64,000 nt of DNA, from IMG/VR virus record IMGVR_UViG_3300014205_006828, positions 64,001 to 128,000 of that record. One strand, given 5' to 3'. The translations under genes and the position numbers were made by a program. A model generated the notes under the pieces. The model was given only the letters and a program-made list of their open reading frames with translations. It made no database searches and was not told the origin of the DNA. This document shows, piece by piece, positions 18,669-28,700 of the stretch; the first letter of the stretch is position 1, and every line of letters starts with the position of its first letter. Origin of the DNA: a virus (lineage: Duplodnaviria; Heunggongvirae; Uroviricota; Caudoviricetes).

Positions 18669-19628
18669 TCATAAGCCCTCGCAAATCCCAAAAACATCTA
18701 TCGGATAAAGGTTTCGATCTGTGAATATATCGTTGTTCGCGCCTAAGAACTCGGCATTTTTGAATAGGCTATATTGGTTATCTATAGGCTTGGATATCAA
18801 CTTGGCTTCTGATATCATCAAGGCCATCAATGACCAATTAATATCATTGGACATTATTACCCATGATTTTTTGATGACTTGAAGTATGTGTCTTGGATTA
18901 TATTCAACTGCTAATATATTAGACCCATGAAATAGATTTGTGTTGTTTGTGAAGACAATAACTTTCCATCCTTTATGAGAAGCTAGTTGTGAGAACTCCT
19001 TGAAGTTCTGCAGACTCCACTTTAACAGATCTTTATTAGTCTCGTTCAGAATGATAGAGATAATCTTGGATATTTGGCGTATTCGACCTGTTTTTTGGAG
19101 CTCATCTATGAACTCAGTCCCCAAATTTCTAAGCTTTGGAGCATAACTTTCCCAAGGGATCATGATGTTTCTAGATATCTGTTCTACAACTGGCGCTGTT
19201 ACTTCCTCTGGATACTTTCCCCAATAGCTTGTGCGCTGCATGTAATTGTTCAAAACATTAAGGTAGGCGTTTCCCTTGCCATCCAAAAATAACGGAACCG
19301 GATACTGCTTTAGGGTTTCTTTTGTGAGATTGATGAGACTGATCTTACACAAGCCTTGCAGCCGTACCAAGAAGGAATACTCTTGATTACCAAGCCAATA
19401 GACCTTGTGCGCAGAGTCAATAGATAAAATAGCTTCAACTGCGCTTAAAGACAAAAATGACTCTAATAAGCCGCCGAACGCAGTAATGATGATATTGCGG
19501 CCATCAAGAATCTTATGCCAGGTTTCAAAATCAATTTCTGGAATGACATATTTTCCCCGCTCAATTTTCCATGGGATTCCAGGAGAAAATGGAAAGTACC
19601 TGGCTTTGTATTTGCGCTTGGGTTTCAT
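18669..19628 (-). CDS. Divergent GT9-like (GT-B) protein
   Basis: AFGGLLESFLSLSAVEAI resembles the GT9 N-terminal 'GGlGD..l..p.l.al' motif; KWSLQNFKEF resembles the 'kW....f' motif; VIMSNDINWSLMA sits at the 'gnDSG..HlA' position. Confidence 0.45.
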   Translation of the reverse strand: MKPKRKYKARYFPFSPGIPWKIERGKYVIPEIDFETWHKILDGRNIIITAFGGLLESFLSLSAVEAILSIDSAHKVYWLGNQEYSFLVRLQGLCKISLINLTKETLKQYPVPLFLDGKGNAYLNVLNNYMQRTSYWGKYPEEVTAPVVEQISRNIMIPWESYAPKLRNLGTEFIDELQKTGRIRQISKIISIILNETNKDLLKWSLQNFKEFSQLASHKGWKVIVFTNNTNLFHGSNILAVEYNPRHILQVIKKSWVIMSNDINWSLMALMISEAKLISKPIDNQYSLFKNAEFLGANNDIFTDRNLYPIDVFGICEGL

Positions 19629-20413
19629 TAGTCATCATGCTTATAGACGCCCTCCCACTTTTTGCGAAATAGCGTGCAATTAGTGTTCATCATCAGTTTG
19701 TGCATGGGGTTCTTTTTTAGGGAGGCACTCTCCTCATGAAAGATGTTGGTCTTACCGCAATACATAATCTTCTTATTCAGGCGATACTTAACTGTCAAGC
19801 AAAGATCAATATCCTCAAAAGACCAGAAATACCCTTCGCACATTCCAACACGCCCACTCTTGTTGGTGGTACATGCCCTTCGATAATCACCTGCCCGAAT
19901 GAGAACTACAGCCGCCGTGACAGCTTGGAATTCTCTATTTTTTTGTGATGCCGAATCACCAACCTCTTGATGTCGATAGTGGTACGGAAAGTAGTTATAC
20001 TTCTTAGAGAAGTAAACTCCCGCATGTTGCAACCGTTGGCCATCAGGATACAAAATCCTAGCGCCCACCATTCCAACTTCATCAGTAAGCAGTTTGTGCA
20101 TCTCAACAACCGAAGCCTTGTCCCCAAACCAAAGATCGTTGTTGAGCAGCATAATCACATCGTCATCGGCGGGCTTGGCTCGCTCGAACAGGATATTCAT
20201 ACCACTAGCGAAAGAGTCAGTATTATGGCCACAAAAGAACGGTTCTATCCTGCCATTTTGGATGGATGTCAAATATTCGGCGGAGCCATCCTTGGAACCA
20301 TTGTCCTTTATCCACCACTTGTAATCAAACATCTCCACAGCTGGAATTAGAGACTTATGTAGCTTCTCAATTTTATCTTTAGCATTCCAGTGCAAAGTTA
20401 GTATATGGATCAT
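19628..20413 (-). CDS. GT2-family glycosyltransferase
   Basis: KDNGSKDGS, MLLNND, LQHAGV, AVTAAVVLIR, FEDIDLCL, HEESAS. Confidence 0.9.
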   Translation of the reverse strand: MIHILTLHWNAKDKIEKLHKSLIPAVEMFDYKWWIKDNGSKDGSAEYLTSIQNGRIEPFFCGHNTDSFASGMNILFERAKPADDDVIMLLNNDLWFGDKASVVEMHKLLTDEVGMVGARILYPDGQRLQHAGVYFSKKYNYFPYHYRHQEVGDSASQKNREFQAVTAAVVLIRAGDYRRACTTNKSGRVGMCEGYFWSFEDIDLCLTVKYRLNKKIMYCGKTNIFHEESASLKKNPMHKLMMNTNCTLFRKKWEGVYKHDD

Positions 20414-20635
20414 AAAGAAATCCTCTCAGTAATTTTGCGAGGGGTCTCGCGACAATGAGGACGCCAAGTTCCAAGATTTATAACACTATTTATTATAGCC
20501 TTCCATTCATGACCCATTTTGCATCTCCATAGTTATTAGCCGATATGAATAAACATCACTAAGACATTCGCCATTTATAGATTTTGCAAACCTTTGGCAA
20601 TCACTCAATGTTATCTTTTTACTCTGATTAAACAT
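20410..20635 (-). pseudogene. Frameshifted relic of a zinc-ribbon, homing-endonuclease-type gene; not in the ORF track
   Basis: MFNQSKKITLSDCQRFAKSINGECLSDVY in one frame continues as LWRCKMGHEWKAIINSVINLGTWRPHC in the adjacent frame, matching the 'G.clS..Y....l.W.C..GH.W.a......WCP.C' pattern; AAGGA upstream; final TGA overlaps the next ATG. Confidence 0.7.
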
Positions 20636-20662
20636 ACGTTCCTTGCCTGTAAAAATATGCAA

Positions 20663-21367
20663 TTATACATATTTCTTACTCCATAGTTCAATAAACGTTT
20701 TCCGAGACTGTGTATATAACGCTGAAAGCCCAGCCTTCTTGCCGGTAACTTTACCGATGTGCCGAACAGGAACTTCTATAATCTTCAATTCAATACCCAT
20801 CTTCTGCGCTCGAAGAGATAGGTCAGTATCCTCGAAGTAGGAAATGAATCTGGTATTAAACGGCCCAGTATCACCATCTAAAATCAACCTCTGCCACGTC
20901 TTGGTGGAAGCCGTGATGTTCCAGCCGCTCAGGTACCCATACCCGCGCGTGGGGAGCTTGGAAGCCTCGCAAATGAAGTTGAATTGCTCATCCAAATACC
21001 CAGCAGTTGGACCGGCGATGTAGCCATCTTGTGCGGCCTGAAGCAATGGCTCTGTCCACGTTTCAACGTCCTTACCCTCGGCGAATACCCGGATGTCATT
21101 GTTGAGGAACATGACATTCTCATAGCCAAGCTCTACGGCGCGTTTAAATCCGCTATTGCAACCTTTAGAAAACCCCTGGTTAGAGGAATGACGGACTATC
21201 TCAAGCCTATTGGAGTTTCTTAGCTGGGAGTTGCCATCAGTACTTCCGTTATCAACAATCACCAATAAATGATTGTCTGGAAGAGCAGCTAAATCGATAA
21301 TGGCTCTCTTAGTATAGGCCCATTGATTCCAAACCGGGATTACGATAGCTAGTTTTTTTTCAATCAT
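20663..21367 (-). CDS. GT2-family glycosyltransferase (start trimmed to MIEKKL)
   Basis: LAIVIPVWNQ, IVDNGSTDG, NQGFSKGCN, MFLNNDI, YFEDTDLSLR. Confidence 0.9.
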   Translation of the reverse strand: MIEKKLAIVIPVWNQWAYTKRAIIDLAALPDNHLLVIVDNGSTDGNSQLRNSNRLEIVRHSSNQGFSKGCNSGFKRAVELGYENVMFLNNDIRVFAEGKDVETWTEPLLQAAQDGYIAGPTAGYLDEQFNFICEASKLPTRGYGYLSGWNITASTKTWQRLILDGDTGPFNTRFISYFEDTDLSLRAQKMGIELKIIEVPVRHIGKVTGKKAGLSALYTQSRKTFIELWSKKYV

Positions 21368-22481
21368 GGCACAACTCCAAAATCTGATTAGCTGCATTCT
21401 CCCAGGTAAACTTCTTGGCCGTCTCCGTCATGTTTGGTGAAAATTTAGCCTTCAAAGTATCAAACTCAGAAACTGCTCTCTGTAGTTTACGAGCTGCATC
21501 ATTTGTATCTATTTCAAAATGCACGGCGTGAGGGGTTGACTCCCAATACTGGTGATCTCTGGGAGCTCTGACAATATTTCCATCGATAAGAAGTGAGTTA
21601 TCATCATTGCAGAAATCAAGTTGTCCACCATATCTTGGAACCACATTAATAATACCAGAGGCAAGAGCTTCCAAAGACGGTAAGTGCCAACATTCAGCAA
21701 ATGTAGCTGAGAAATTTATATCACAGGATTTATACAAGTCTGCGATATTAGGGATGTATGAATAGACAAACTCAACCTCAGCGTGCAGAGGAAACTTCGT
21801 CTGAAACGTCTTAAATAACCCAGTAAAGTCAATGTCAAACGGATGATCCTTCTTGTTCTGCTTGAAAACCTTAGCTATCAAACATACATCATCTTCTTTG
21901 GTAAAAGCCTGCCCAAAAGCCTTCAATGCAAGATGCAAAGCCTTTCTACGATGTGGTTGTGCAATGTTGAGAAGTATCTTTTTTGTCTTTTTTGTATTTA
22001 GTTTGAAAGTATTATCACTCTCAAAATCTTGAAGGTTAATTCCATGAGGAACAACTACCATATTCTCATTAGGAATTCCCATATTAATGAATACTTCTTT
22101 TGAGAAATTAGAGGATGGAAGAACAAGGTCAGTTGATTTATAGAACTTAGCAAATCCTTTCAGCAATGATTGGTTCTTATCAACTGACCTTTTATTGTTG
22201 TACTCGTAATTCCAAATACCAAATCTGTTCTTGGTACCATGACTTAGATAGTTGGGCCAGTTATGAGGAGCTGTATAACTAATCTGACAGTCGTATTGAC
22301 CAGTAGGATTTTGTCTAACAAAAGGAAGTAAGTCACTTGGAGCAAATCTCTGTTCAAATCCGTCTGTTGAAACAAATTCTACATCATGACCTAATTTTAT
22401 AAGTGCTCTACCTAAATTCTGTCCTACAATTTGCCATGAATGATTTTGGCCAAATAGAAATTGTTGAAACTTTATCCTCAT
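21360..22481 (-). CDS. GT4-family (GT-B, retaining) glycosyltransferase
   Basis: VLPSSNFSKE, VVPHGI, PHRRKA, ExxxLPSLEA motif (AECWHLPSLEALASG), GGQLDF. Confidence 0.88.
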   Translation of the reverse strand: MRIKFQQFLFGQNHSWQIVGQNLGRALIKLGHDVEFVSTDGFEQRFAPSDLLPFVRQNPTGQYDCQISYTAPHNWPNYLSHGTKNRFGIWNYEYNNKRSVDKNQSLLKGFAKFYKSTDLVLPSSNFSKEVFINMGIPNENMVVVPHGINLQDFESDNTFKLNTKKTKKILLNIAQPHRRKALHLALKAFGQAFTKEDDVCLIAKVFKQNKKDHPFDIDFTGLFKTFQTKFPLHAEVEFVYSYIPNIADLYKSCDINFSATFAECWHLPSLEALASGIINVVPRYGGQLDFCNDDNSLLIDGNIVRAPRDHQYWESTPHAVHFEIDTNDAARKLQRAVSEFDTLKAKFSPNMTETAKKFTWENAANQILELCHD

Positions 22482-22519
22482 ATGAATTGAAAAGGCTATA
22501 AATTACATCTTCTCGACTA

Positions 22520-22723
22520 TTACTTACCACCAACTCCAGCAATTCCGCCAGCTCCAGCATCGCTTTCAGATACATCACAGGTACCAGCAGCGCTGAAACC
22601 ACCACCAATACCAACCGCTCCAGCTGCTCCAACGTCAACCTGCGGGATAGGATTGGTTTTGTTTGTGGTACATGATAGCAACAAAGCCGACAATAAGAAT
22701 GATAACGTTATGAATTTTTTCAT
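22520..22723 (-). CDS. Small Gly/Ala-rich lipoprotein (67 aa)
   Basis: MKK plus hydrophobic signal plus LLLS-C lipobox-like site; GGAGA upstream; tail GAAGAVGIGGG...DAGAGG. Confidence 0.7.
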   Translation of the reverse strand: MKKFITLSFLLSALLLSCTTNKTNPIPQVDVGAAGAVGIGGGFSAAGTCDVSESDAGAGGIAGVGGK

Positions 22724-22739
22724 TTTTCTCCGATTAAAT

Positions 22740-25724
22740 CTATGCTACGCCAGACATGAACAGACCAGCTATTTGGTTGTAAGGTATTACTAGCGGAACA
22801 TTGCTCCACCCAGCTTTCTTGAGATATACAGTGATTAGTACCTTGGTTCTCAAATCTGGGTATTGCGCACTGCTAGATATATCATTAATTGTTAGTGTCA
22901 TCAATCCAGTTGACTGATCCATATGAACACCAAAGACATTATCAATGATAATTCCATAGCCATCTATATCCGTTCCATCCTGATTTGGGAATATTGATTG
23001 AATCGACACGCCAAATCGAAGTTGATTACTTTCCAATGCACCTGATTTTACCGTAGTGCAATCAGCAAATTTCGCCGCAGGATATCCAGTGGAAGTGAAA
23101 CCATCACCACTATCCAAAACCAGCTTTTGATAAACATCAATCACCGCTTGGTTAAATTTAATCCCCTGAGGTAGCTCTAAGACAATGGTATGAACCTCAA
23201 AATCTTGTTTGAAATAGTTTCCGGACCGATCAAGAATTTGCCCTTTTCCAATAATAAGATTGTCAGGAACAAAGAAGTCGTTCCTTCCAGGATTGCATGC
23301 ACCTCCGAACTCGAAAGGATCGATGCACACAATAGCTTCATCAGCGATACAGACCCCGGTATTCTGATCTATTAGAGTTCTGGTATCGTTAGCAAAGGTG
23401 AACGTGGCTGGTACCAACCTAGCCTCGCTGCTGACTTGTAGCATGTAATCTTTCCAAAACGGTATTGGAGCAACCACGAACGGCACTGGAACAAATGGTA
23501 CTAGGATAAAGGCAGGATCCTCTGCGGTAATGTTTGGTACGCTATTAAATCCATAATACTTCAAATCAATAGCTGACAGATCGGCTGGATTTACTTTATT
23601 GGTGCTGTCACCATGGACTCGGATATACCCATCACAATCGTAATATCCATCATATCTCCCAGTTGAATTTTGAACTTCTATCTCAATATGAGTGAAGCTA
23701 GAGCCTACCGGGAATGAATGATAACCATCCTTTGATATGTAGGCAGAAATTAAATCAATATCATTATGCGAAACGTATCCATCACCATCTACGTCAGCAC
23801 GAATAATCTCAAGCGTATCGTATACACCAGCATTAATTAATGCCTGCGTAGACTCAAGTGATAGAGATTGCCCTAACAACTGAGTAACTCGATCATAATC
23901 AAAATGATCGATAATACCATCTCCATTCACATCTCCATAACCATCAGTGCAAAGACGAACCGCAGAAATACTATAGCCAATTCCTGCACAATTATTGTTT
24001 GGAATCAGTTTACTACCAACTAACTGCTGGGAAATTAGGTCTGCATTTGGGTTAATAATAATGAAAGTATTCCCTTTAGCTAAACCTGGGAATATTTGAG
24101 TTCCAGAAATTACATTATTGACCTTGGCATTAACATCTCGTGAGCAACCAATAATCACTGGATCGGTATTTTCCCTAATGATAGATAACGTTGCACTTGT
24201 GGCAAAGCTGAAACTAGGCTCAAATTGCTGACGAGAAAATACTGGGTTACCTGTACGTTCATCTTGAGCTTGCTGAAACTGCCTCTCTACAGCTTCTACA
24301 ACACCAGTGTTTAGGGTATTTTGCCCTGTATCTGCAAATGAATTTTGGTCAAATGCATAATCCACAACTGCCCCAAAATCATTGATAGTTGTCTTGGGAA
24401 TTTGGATACCATTGCCAGCATCATAGGCCATTCCATCCGCTACCTTTGCAGTATCGGACCAAACCTGATACCAAAGATCTGCCTCTGGAATATCAGTCCA
24501 CTCAGTAGTAAAAATAGATAGGCGATCATCCGTTACCTGACTATTTCCAATACCAGTAAAAATAGTTCCTGTACTGCTATCACCGGCACGCCCAATTGAA
24601 ATAGCATAGTACTTTCCAGGCACAATAACCGGATTGGCTGAGTTGCCCAAGATAGAATTGTTATATATCAAATCAATAGGTTGAAGAACATCGGTTAGAA
24701 CATATCCACGATTTTCTAAACTAACTTTATCTATACTGAATTGGGTAAGTGGAATTGGATTAGGATCAAACTCAATAGCTAGACCAGGAACTAGTTCGGT
24801 TGGTGACGTCACTGTGCTTTGAAGTTCGAACACACTGACTACTAATTCACCACTCCAATCATAATAATGTTCAATATCTGTATTGTTTTTGCGCACACCC
24901 AGAAGAACTGTAATCTTTTGGATATTGTTATTTTTTGCCAAGAATTTCTCAGATATCCTTGTGGTCACATCTCCTGGAACAAACTCAAAATCACTTTTGA
25001 CGGTGGTATTGATATGGAGGGCGTCTACATTATACTGAAGTCCAATACCAGCTTGAATAGTCTGGTATAGAGTGGCTGCTGGGTTTGGAGTCTTAAAGTC
25101 TCGAAAGAATAGATTTGGCTGCACATCTTGCGCAATCATGATGCCGTCACGCGATAACTGGAATGCGCTGGTTTCTCTAATAACTACACGCCCACCTAAC
25201 AAACGTGAGCAATTGTCATTCCCAAGAAAGTCATTGGTAAATATGGCAAGTATCTTAGCGTAATGCTTTTTTGTGGCCTGCTTCTCTTTCTTGTAAAAGT
25301 AGAACCTATCATATTGTAAATTACCCTGGAAATCCAAACCGATAATTAATACTTTAATGCTTAAACGGCCTCCAACTTTAGTTATTCTTTTGTGAATTTC
25401 CTGCGTTTCTGAATCTAATAATTCAACTTCAAGTTGATTACCTAGAATAGCATCTGATGGCTGTACCAAAGGTCTAAGCCCTGTTCCATCAAAGTCATTC
25501 GAAGCAATCAGTGCCGCCTGATCAGAGAACAAATAATCAGTATCAAAAATTACAATTTGCGATGAGGAAGATGGAAGCACACCTGAACCAAAATGATTCT
25601 GGACAATTGAAGCATCAATCTTGACGTTACGATCTGACTCAGTAGTCATATCGTCCTGATCAATTTGCTGTCCGTCGTACCACTTGACTTGAGTTTGAGA
25701 TACTGATAGATTTATCATATTCAC
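22740..25724 (-). CDS. Virion structural protein (baseplate/fibre-attachment position) containing a dockerin-like Ca-binding repeat pair
   Basis: Follows the wedge genes with a GTGA/ATGA-type overlap; N-terminus WYDGQQIDQDDM..E...HFGSGV resembles contractile-system baseplate/fibre N-termini; GDVNGDGIIDHFD and ADVDGDGYVSHND repeats. Confidence 0.65.
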   Translation of the reverse strand: MNMINLSVSQTQVKWYDGQQIDQDDMTTESDRNVKIDASIVQNHFGSGVLPSSSSQIVIFDTDYLFSDQAALIASNDFDGTGLRPLVQPSDAILGNQLEVELLDSETQEIHKRITKVGGRLSIKVLIIGLDFQGNLQYDRFYFYKKEKQATKKHYAKILAIFTNDFLGNDNCSRLLGGRVVIRETSAFQLSRDGIMIAQDVQPNLFFRDFKTPNPAATLYQTIQAGIGLQYNVDALHINTTVKSDFEFVPGDVTTRISEKFLAKNNNIQKITVLLGVRKNNTDIEHYYDWSGELVVSVFELQSTVTSPTELVPGLAIEFDPNPIPLTQFSIDKVSLENRGYVLTDVLQPIDLIYNNSILGNSANPVIVPGKYYAISIGRAGDSSTGTIFTGIGNSQVTDDRLSIFTTEWTDIPEADLWYQVWSDTAKVADGMAYDAGNGIQIPKTTINDFGAVVDYAFDQNSFADTGQNTLNTGVVEAVERQFQQAQDERTGNPVFSRQQFEPSFSFATSATLSIIRENTDPVIIGCSRDVNAKVNNVISGTQIFPGLAKGNTFIIINPNADLISQQLVGSKLIPNNNCAGIGYSISAVRLCTDGYGDVNGDGIIDHFDYDRVTQLLGQSLSLESTQALINAGVYDTLEIIRADVDGDGYVSHNDIDLISAYISKDGYHSFPVGSSFTHIEIEVQNSTGRYDGYYDCDGYIRVHGDSTNKVNPADLSAIDLKYYGFNSVPNITAEDPAFILVPFVPVPFVVAPIPFWKDYMLQVSSEARLVPATFTFANDTRTLIDQNTGVCIADEAIVCIDPFEFGGACNPGRNDFFVPDNLIIGKGQILDRSGNYFKQDFEVHTIVLELPQGIKFNQAVIDVYQKLVLDSGDGFTSTGYPAAKFADCTTVKSGALESNQLRFGVSIQSIFPNQDGTDIDGYGIIIDNVFGVHMDQSTGLMTLTINDISSSAQYPDLRTKVLITVYLKKAGWSNVPLVIPYNQIAGLFMSGVA

Positions 25725-28700
25725 TTCACATATTGAATACCAACCTTAGAGATGGCTGGCTTGAGAGCATTGATCAGGGCCTCCAACACAGTTTGGACGC
25801 GCAGATCTCCTGTAACTATGTTAAAAGAATCAATGATGTTGATGCCAAAATTGAAAAGACCAAATGTTGGGTCATGGATTACCGAGAAATCTTCCGTTTT
25901 TTCTACAGACTTATCAAAGTCCAGCAAGAATGTTGTAAAAGCATCCACGATAGATGGATAGATGAAATCGATATTTGTATTGTAATAAATGTCCCTGGGC
26001 TGTCCAGCAATAATGAGCGGATCAATAGATCGGTTCGAAATCTTCAAATTATCAAACCTAGCCTGTGCTCCGAAATTACCAGCAAAGTCCTGACCTACAG
26101 AGAATTGTTGTACCGTATCAGTGAAATTTATATCAGCTCGATAGATTTGGTTTCCTACTCCTCCTATCGCGGCCTGACCCCAGATTAAATCCTGGCCAAA
26201 TAAAATACCATTTTGCCCAAAAAGCAAAGTCCCACGTTCTTCACCATCCACGAACAATCGAATCTCATCTTTATTGTCCTGGCGATTGAACTTGAAAGAA
26301 GCCCTAACTCTGTGCCACGAATCACGCGGCCAGAATATAGGTTGTCGAGTTTGATACTCTTGACCGTTAGCATTGACAGTTAAGCAAATGAATCCTTCTC
26401 CATCCTTCGAAATAGTCAGCCGATCACCACGTACTCCAGATGGTACATAAGCTACTTTTACGGGCGTGTTCTGGTATGGAAGAGGTGAGTTTAGAAGAAG
26501 AGTCTTCCCGTCACTATCGATAATTCCACCATTGAAGTAATTAGTGCCCTGTAGCTTTGTATCCGTAACCAAACGTACATATAATATACGATTAGTTCGT
26601 GTTGAAAGCTTTAATCTACCCTTAGTGATGCTTACGGTTTCTTCGATAACGTTCGCAGCAGCATCAAAGTAAACCCGAATGCCAGGATCGTTATAAGTAT
26701 CATACCTTGGGCTAACCCAAAACTCAATTAGGCCCTCATTAGACGTGTCCAACAAACCACCGTTATCAAATACCAACCCCTTATCCTTGATGACAATACT
26801 GTGTCCAAACCTAGAATTGACACTACTACCAGACTGTATATATTCTTTATTAGCGAACTGGTAAAAATCGCTGTCATTTACTAATGGCAACTTGTCGAAA
26901 TGGAACAAGGCTAATGTATCTATATTCTTGATGAACGGAGAAACTTTAGTTGCGCCTGTAGTAATAGATTCCTCATTTAATCCAATCGTCTCACCAATAC
27001 GAGTATCTGTCAATTGTCTACTGAGAATTCGGAACTCATCCAGGATAGACTTTGCTGGCTTACTAAACGTAATATCATTTCCGATAATACCAATCTCTGA
27101 TGTCAGAGGATTGAACGGAACCTCAAGATACGAAGCGTAATCTACATCGTACCATCCAGGTGGTAAAGTATATGGATCGTTTGTAAATCCTGCCTTCTCA
27201 AGGAAAATGAATCCATTCTGGAAACCACTGCGCCCAATACTTATATTGTACGTAACATAGGATCCATTTTCAAAGTACCCACCAACACTTCGATCAAGCC
27301 GAATAGTTGTATTATCAATTCTCTCAACAATAGTATAGATACCAATAGCAGATATTGGATATGTAATTTTGAGTAATTGACCAACCTCTGAGGCTGGAAA
27401 ATAACCAAAAGGATCGCTGACGATAGTGAAATCGCCATAACCATCACTACGAAGAGATCCTCCAGCTTGAGTTTTGTAAGCAAACCTAATAACAGGATAC
27501 AGGCTATTCCCATCCGGCTCTGTCACTGAATATGCTTCTTTAACTTCAATAGCAACACTATCATCAGTTGAATCTATCGGAACGACTTTTACAAAAATAG
27601 ATTCAACACGCTTCCATTTTGATATAGTTTTCTGTTTCCCTGGTTTTGTAAATGTCAAAGTCTCACTAGGGCTAATAGTAGATGTTCCACTAATGATCAC
27701 AATAGCTGGTGTTGTGAAGTCAACATTATCACCTGTTATCCTAATCTCCAACTGCCTCCCCTCAATGTAATTGCTTGGTTGTGTAAAACTAATTTCAATA
27801 ATGCTTGTTTCAGCGCCGCCTATAGATATAAAATTCCCAAATGAATCTATTATAAAGTTACCAAAAGCATCAACAAGATTTATTCCCTGCTCTGACACAA
27901 AGAAGTTTCCAAAATCATCAATTAGGTAATTACCTAAGTCATCAACCAAATAACTAAGTTCAACTCCACCAAAAGTTGTAGTGAAATATCCATCAATAAA
28001 ATCTGCATTACCCGGCCCAACTGAACTTAATGGTAGAATCACTGTCTTAATTGACACATCATCCAGGTTTATTGGCGGAGGCAATCCTGTCTTTAGAATT
28101 GAACTACCACTCCAAGTAAAAACTCTGTCCTTTGATCGTCTGTGATTCAAACCAAAGGTCTTGATAAGCACGATATCTCCGGCATTGACATTATCGAAGA
28201 TAGTAATAATTCTCTGGTTGAGTGTATTACGATCAATAGAATAGGATGGAATCTCTGCTCTGGTTCCTGGAATTTCGCGTTCCACACCATAACCATCGCG
28301 AACAAAGACACCAATATTCTTGTAGATATCAATTTCTGTACCTACAACAAACTGCGGAGGATTGATAATGAAGCGGGCATTATTCAAAGAAGCAGGCATT
28401 GGAGCATTCAGCGTCATCTGAGTTCCAGAAGCCATAGAGATAACATATGTCAAAAAGTTTTGCTCTAAAATATCGATCTTATAGCCATCATCCAGAGATG
28501 ATAGGTTTACAGATGGAGACATTACCAAATTCGAGCCTTGGATCGTGACCAAATCGTTTCCAATAATAGAGTTATTGAACGCAACTCCTACAATTTGCTC
28601 TGGTACTACAGTTCTGAATCTATTGTATGATGCAACATCCGGAACGTTTCCATAACGTGCCAAGTTTGGAGTCTCCTGCCCATCCACATACAGATGCATT

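Noticed and set aside
7319-22481. Bacterial chromosomal O-antigen or capsule locus
   Set aside because: No flippase, polymerase, ABC exporter or priming transferase; the block is continuous with phage genes and shares their upstream motif.
22520-22723. o-spanin
   Set aside because: No adjacent or overlapping i-spanin, holin or endolysin, and the sequence is Gly/Ala-rich rather than Pro-rich.
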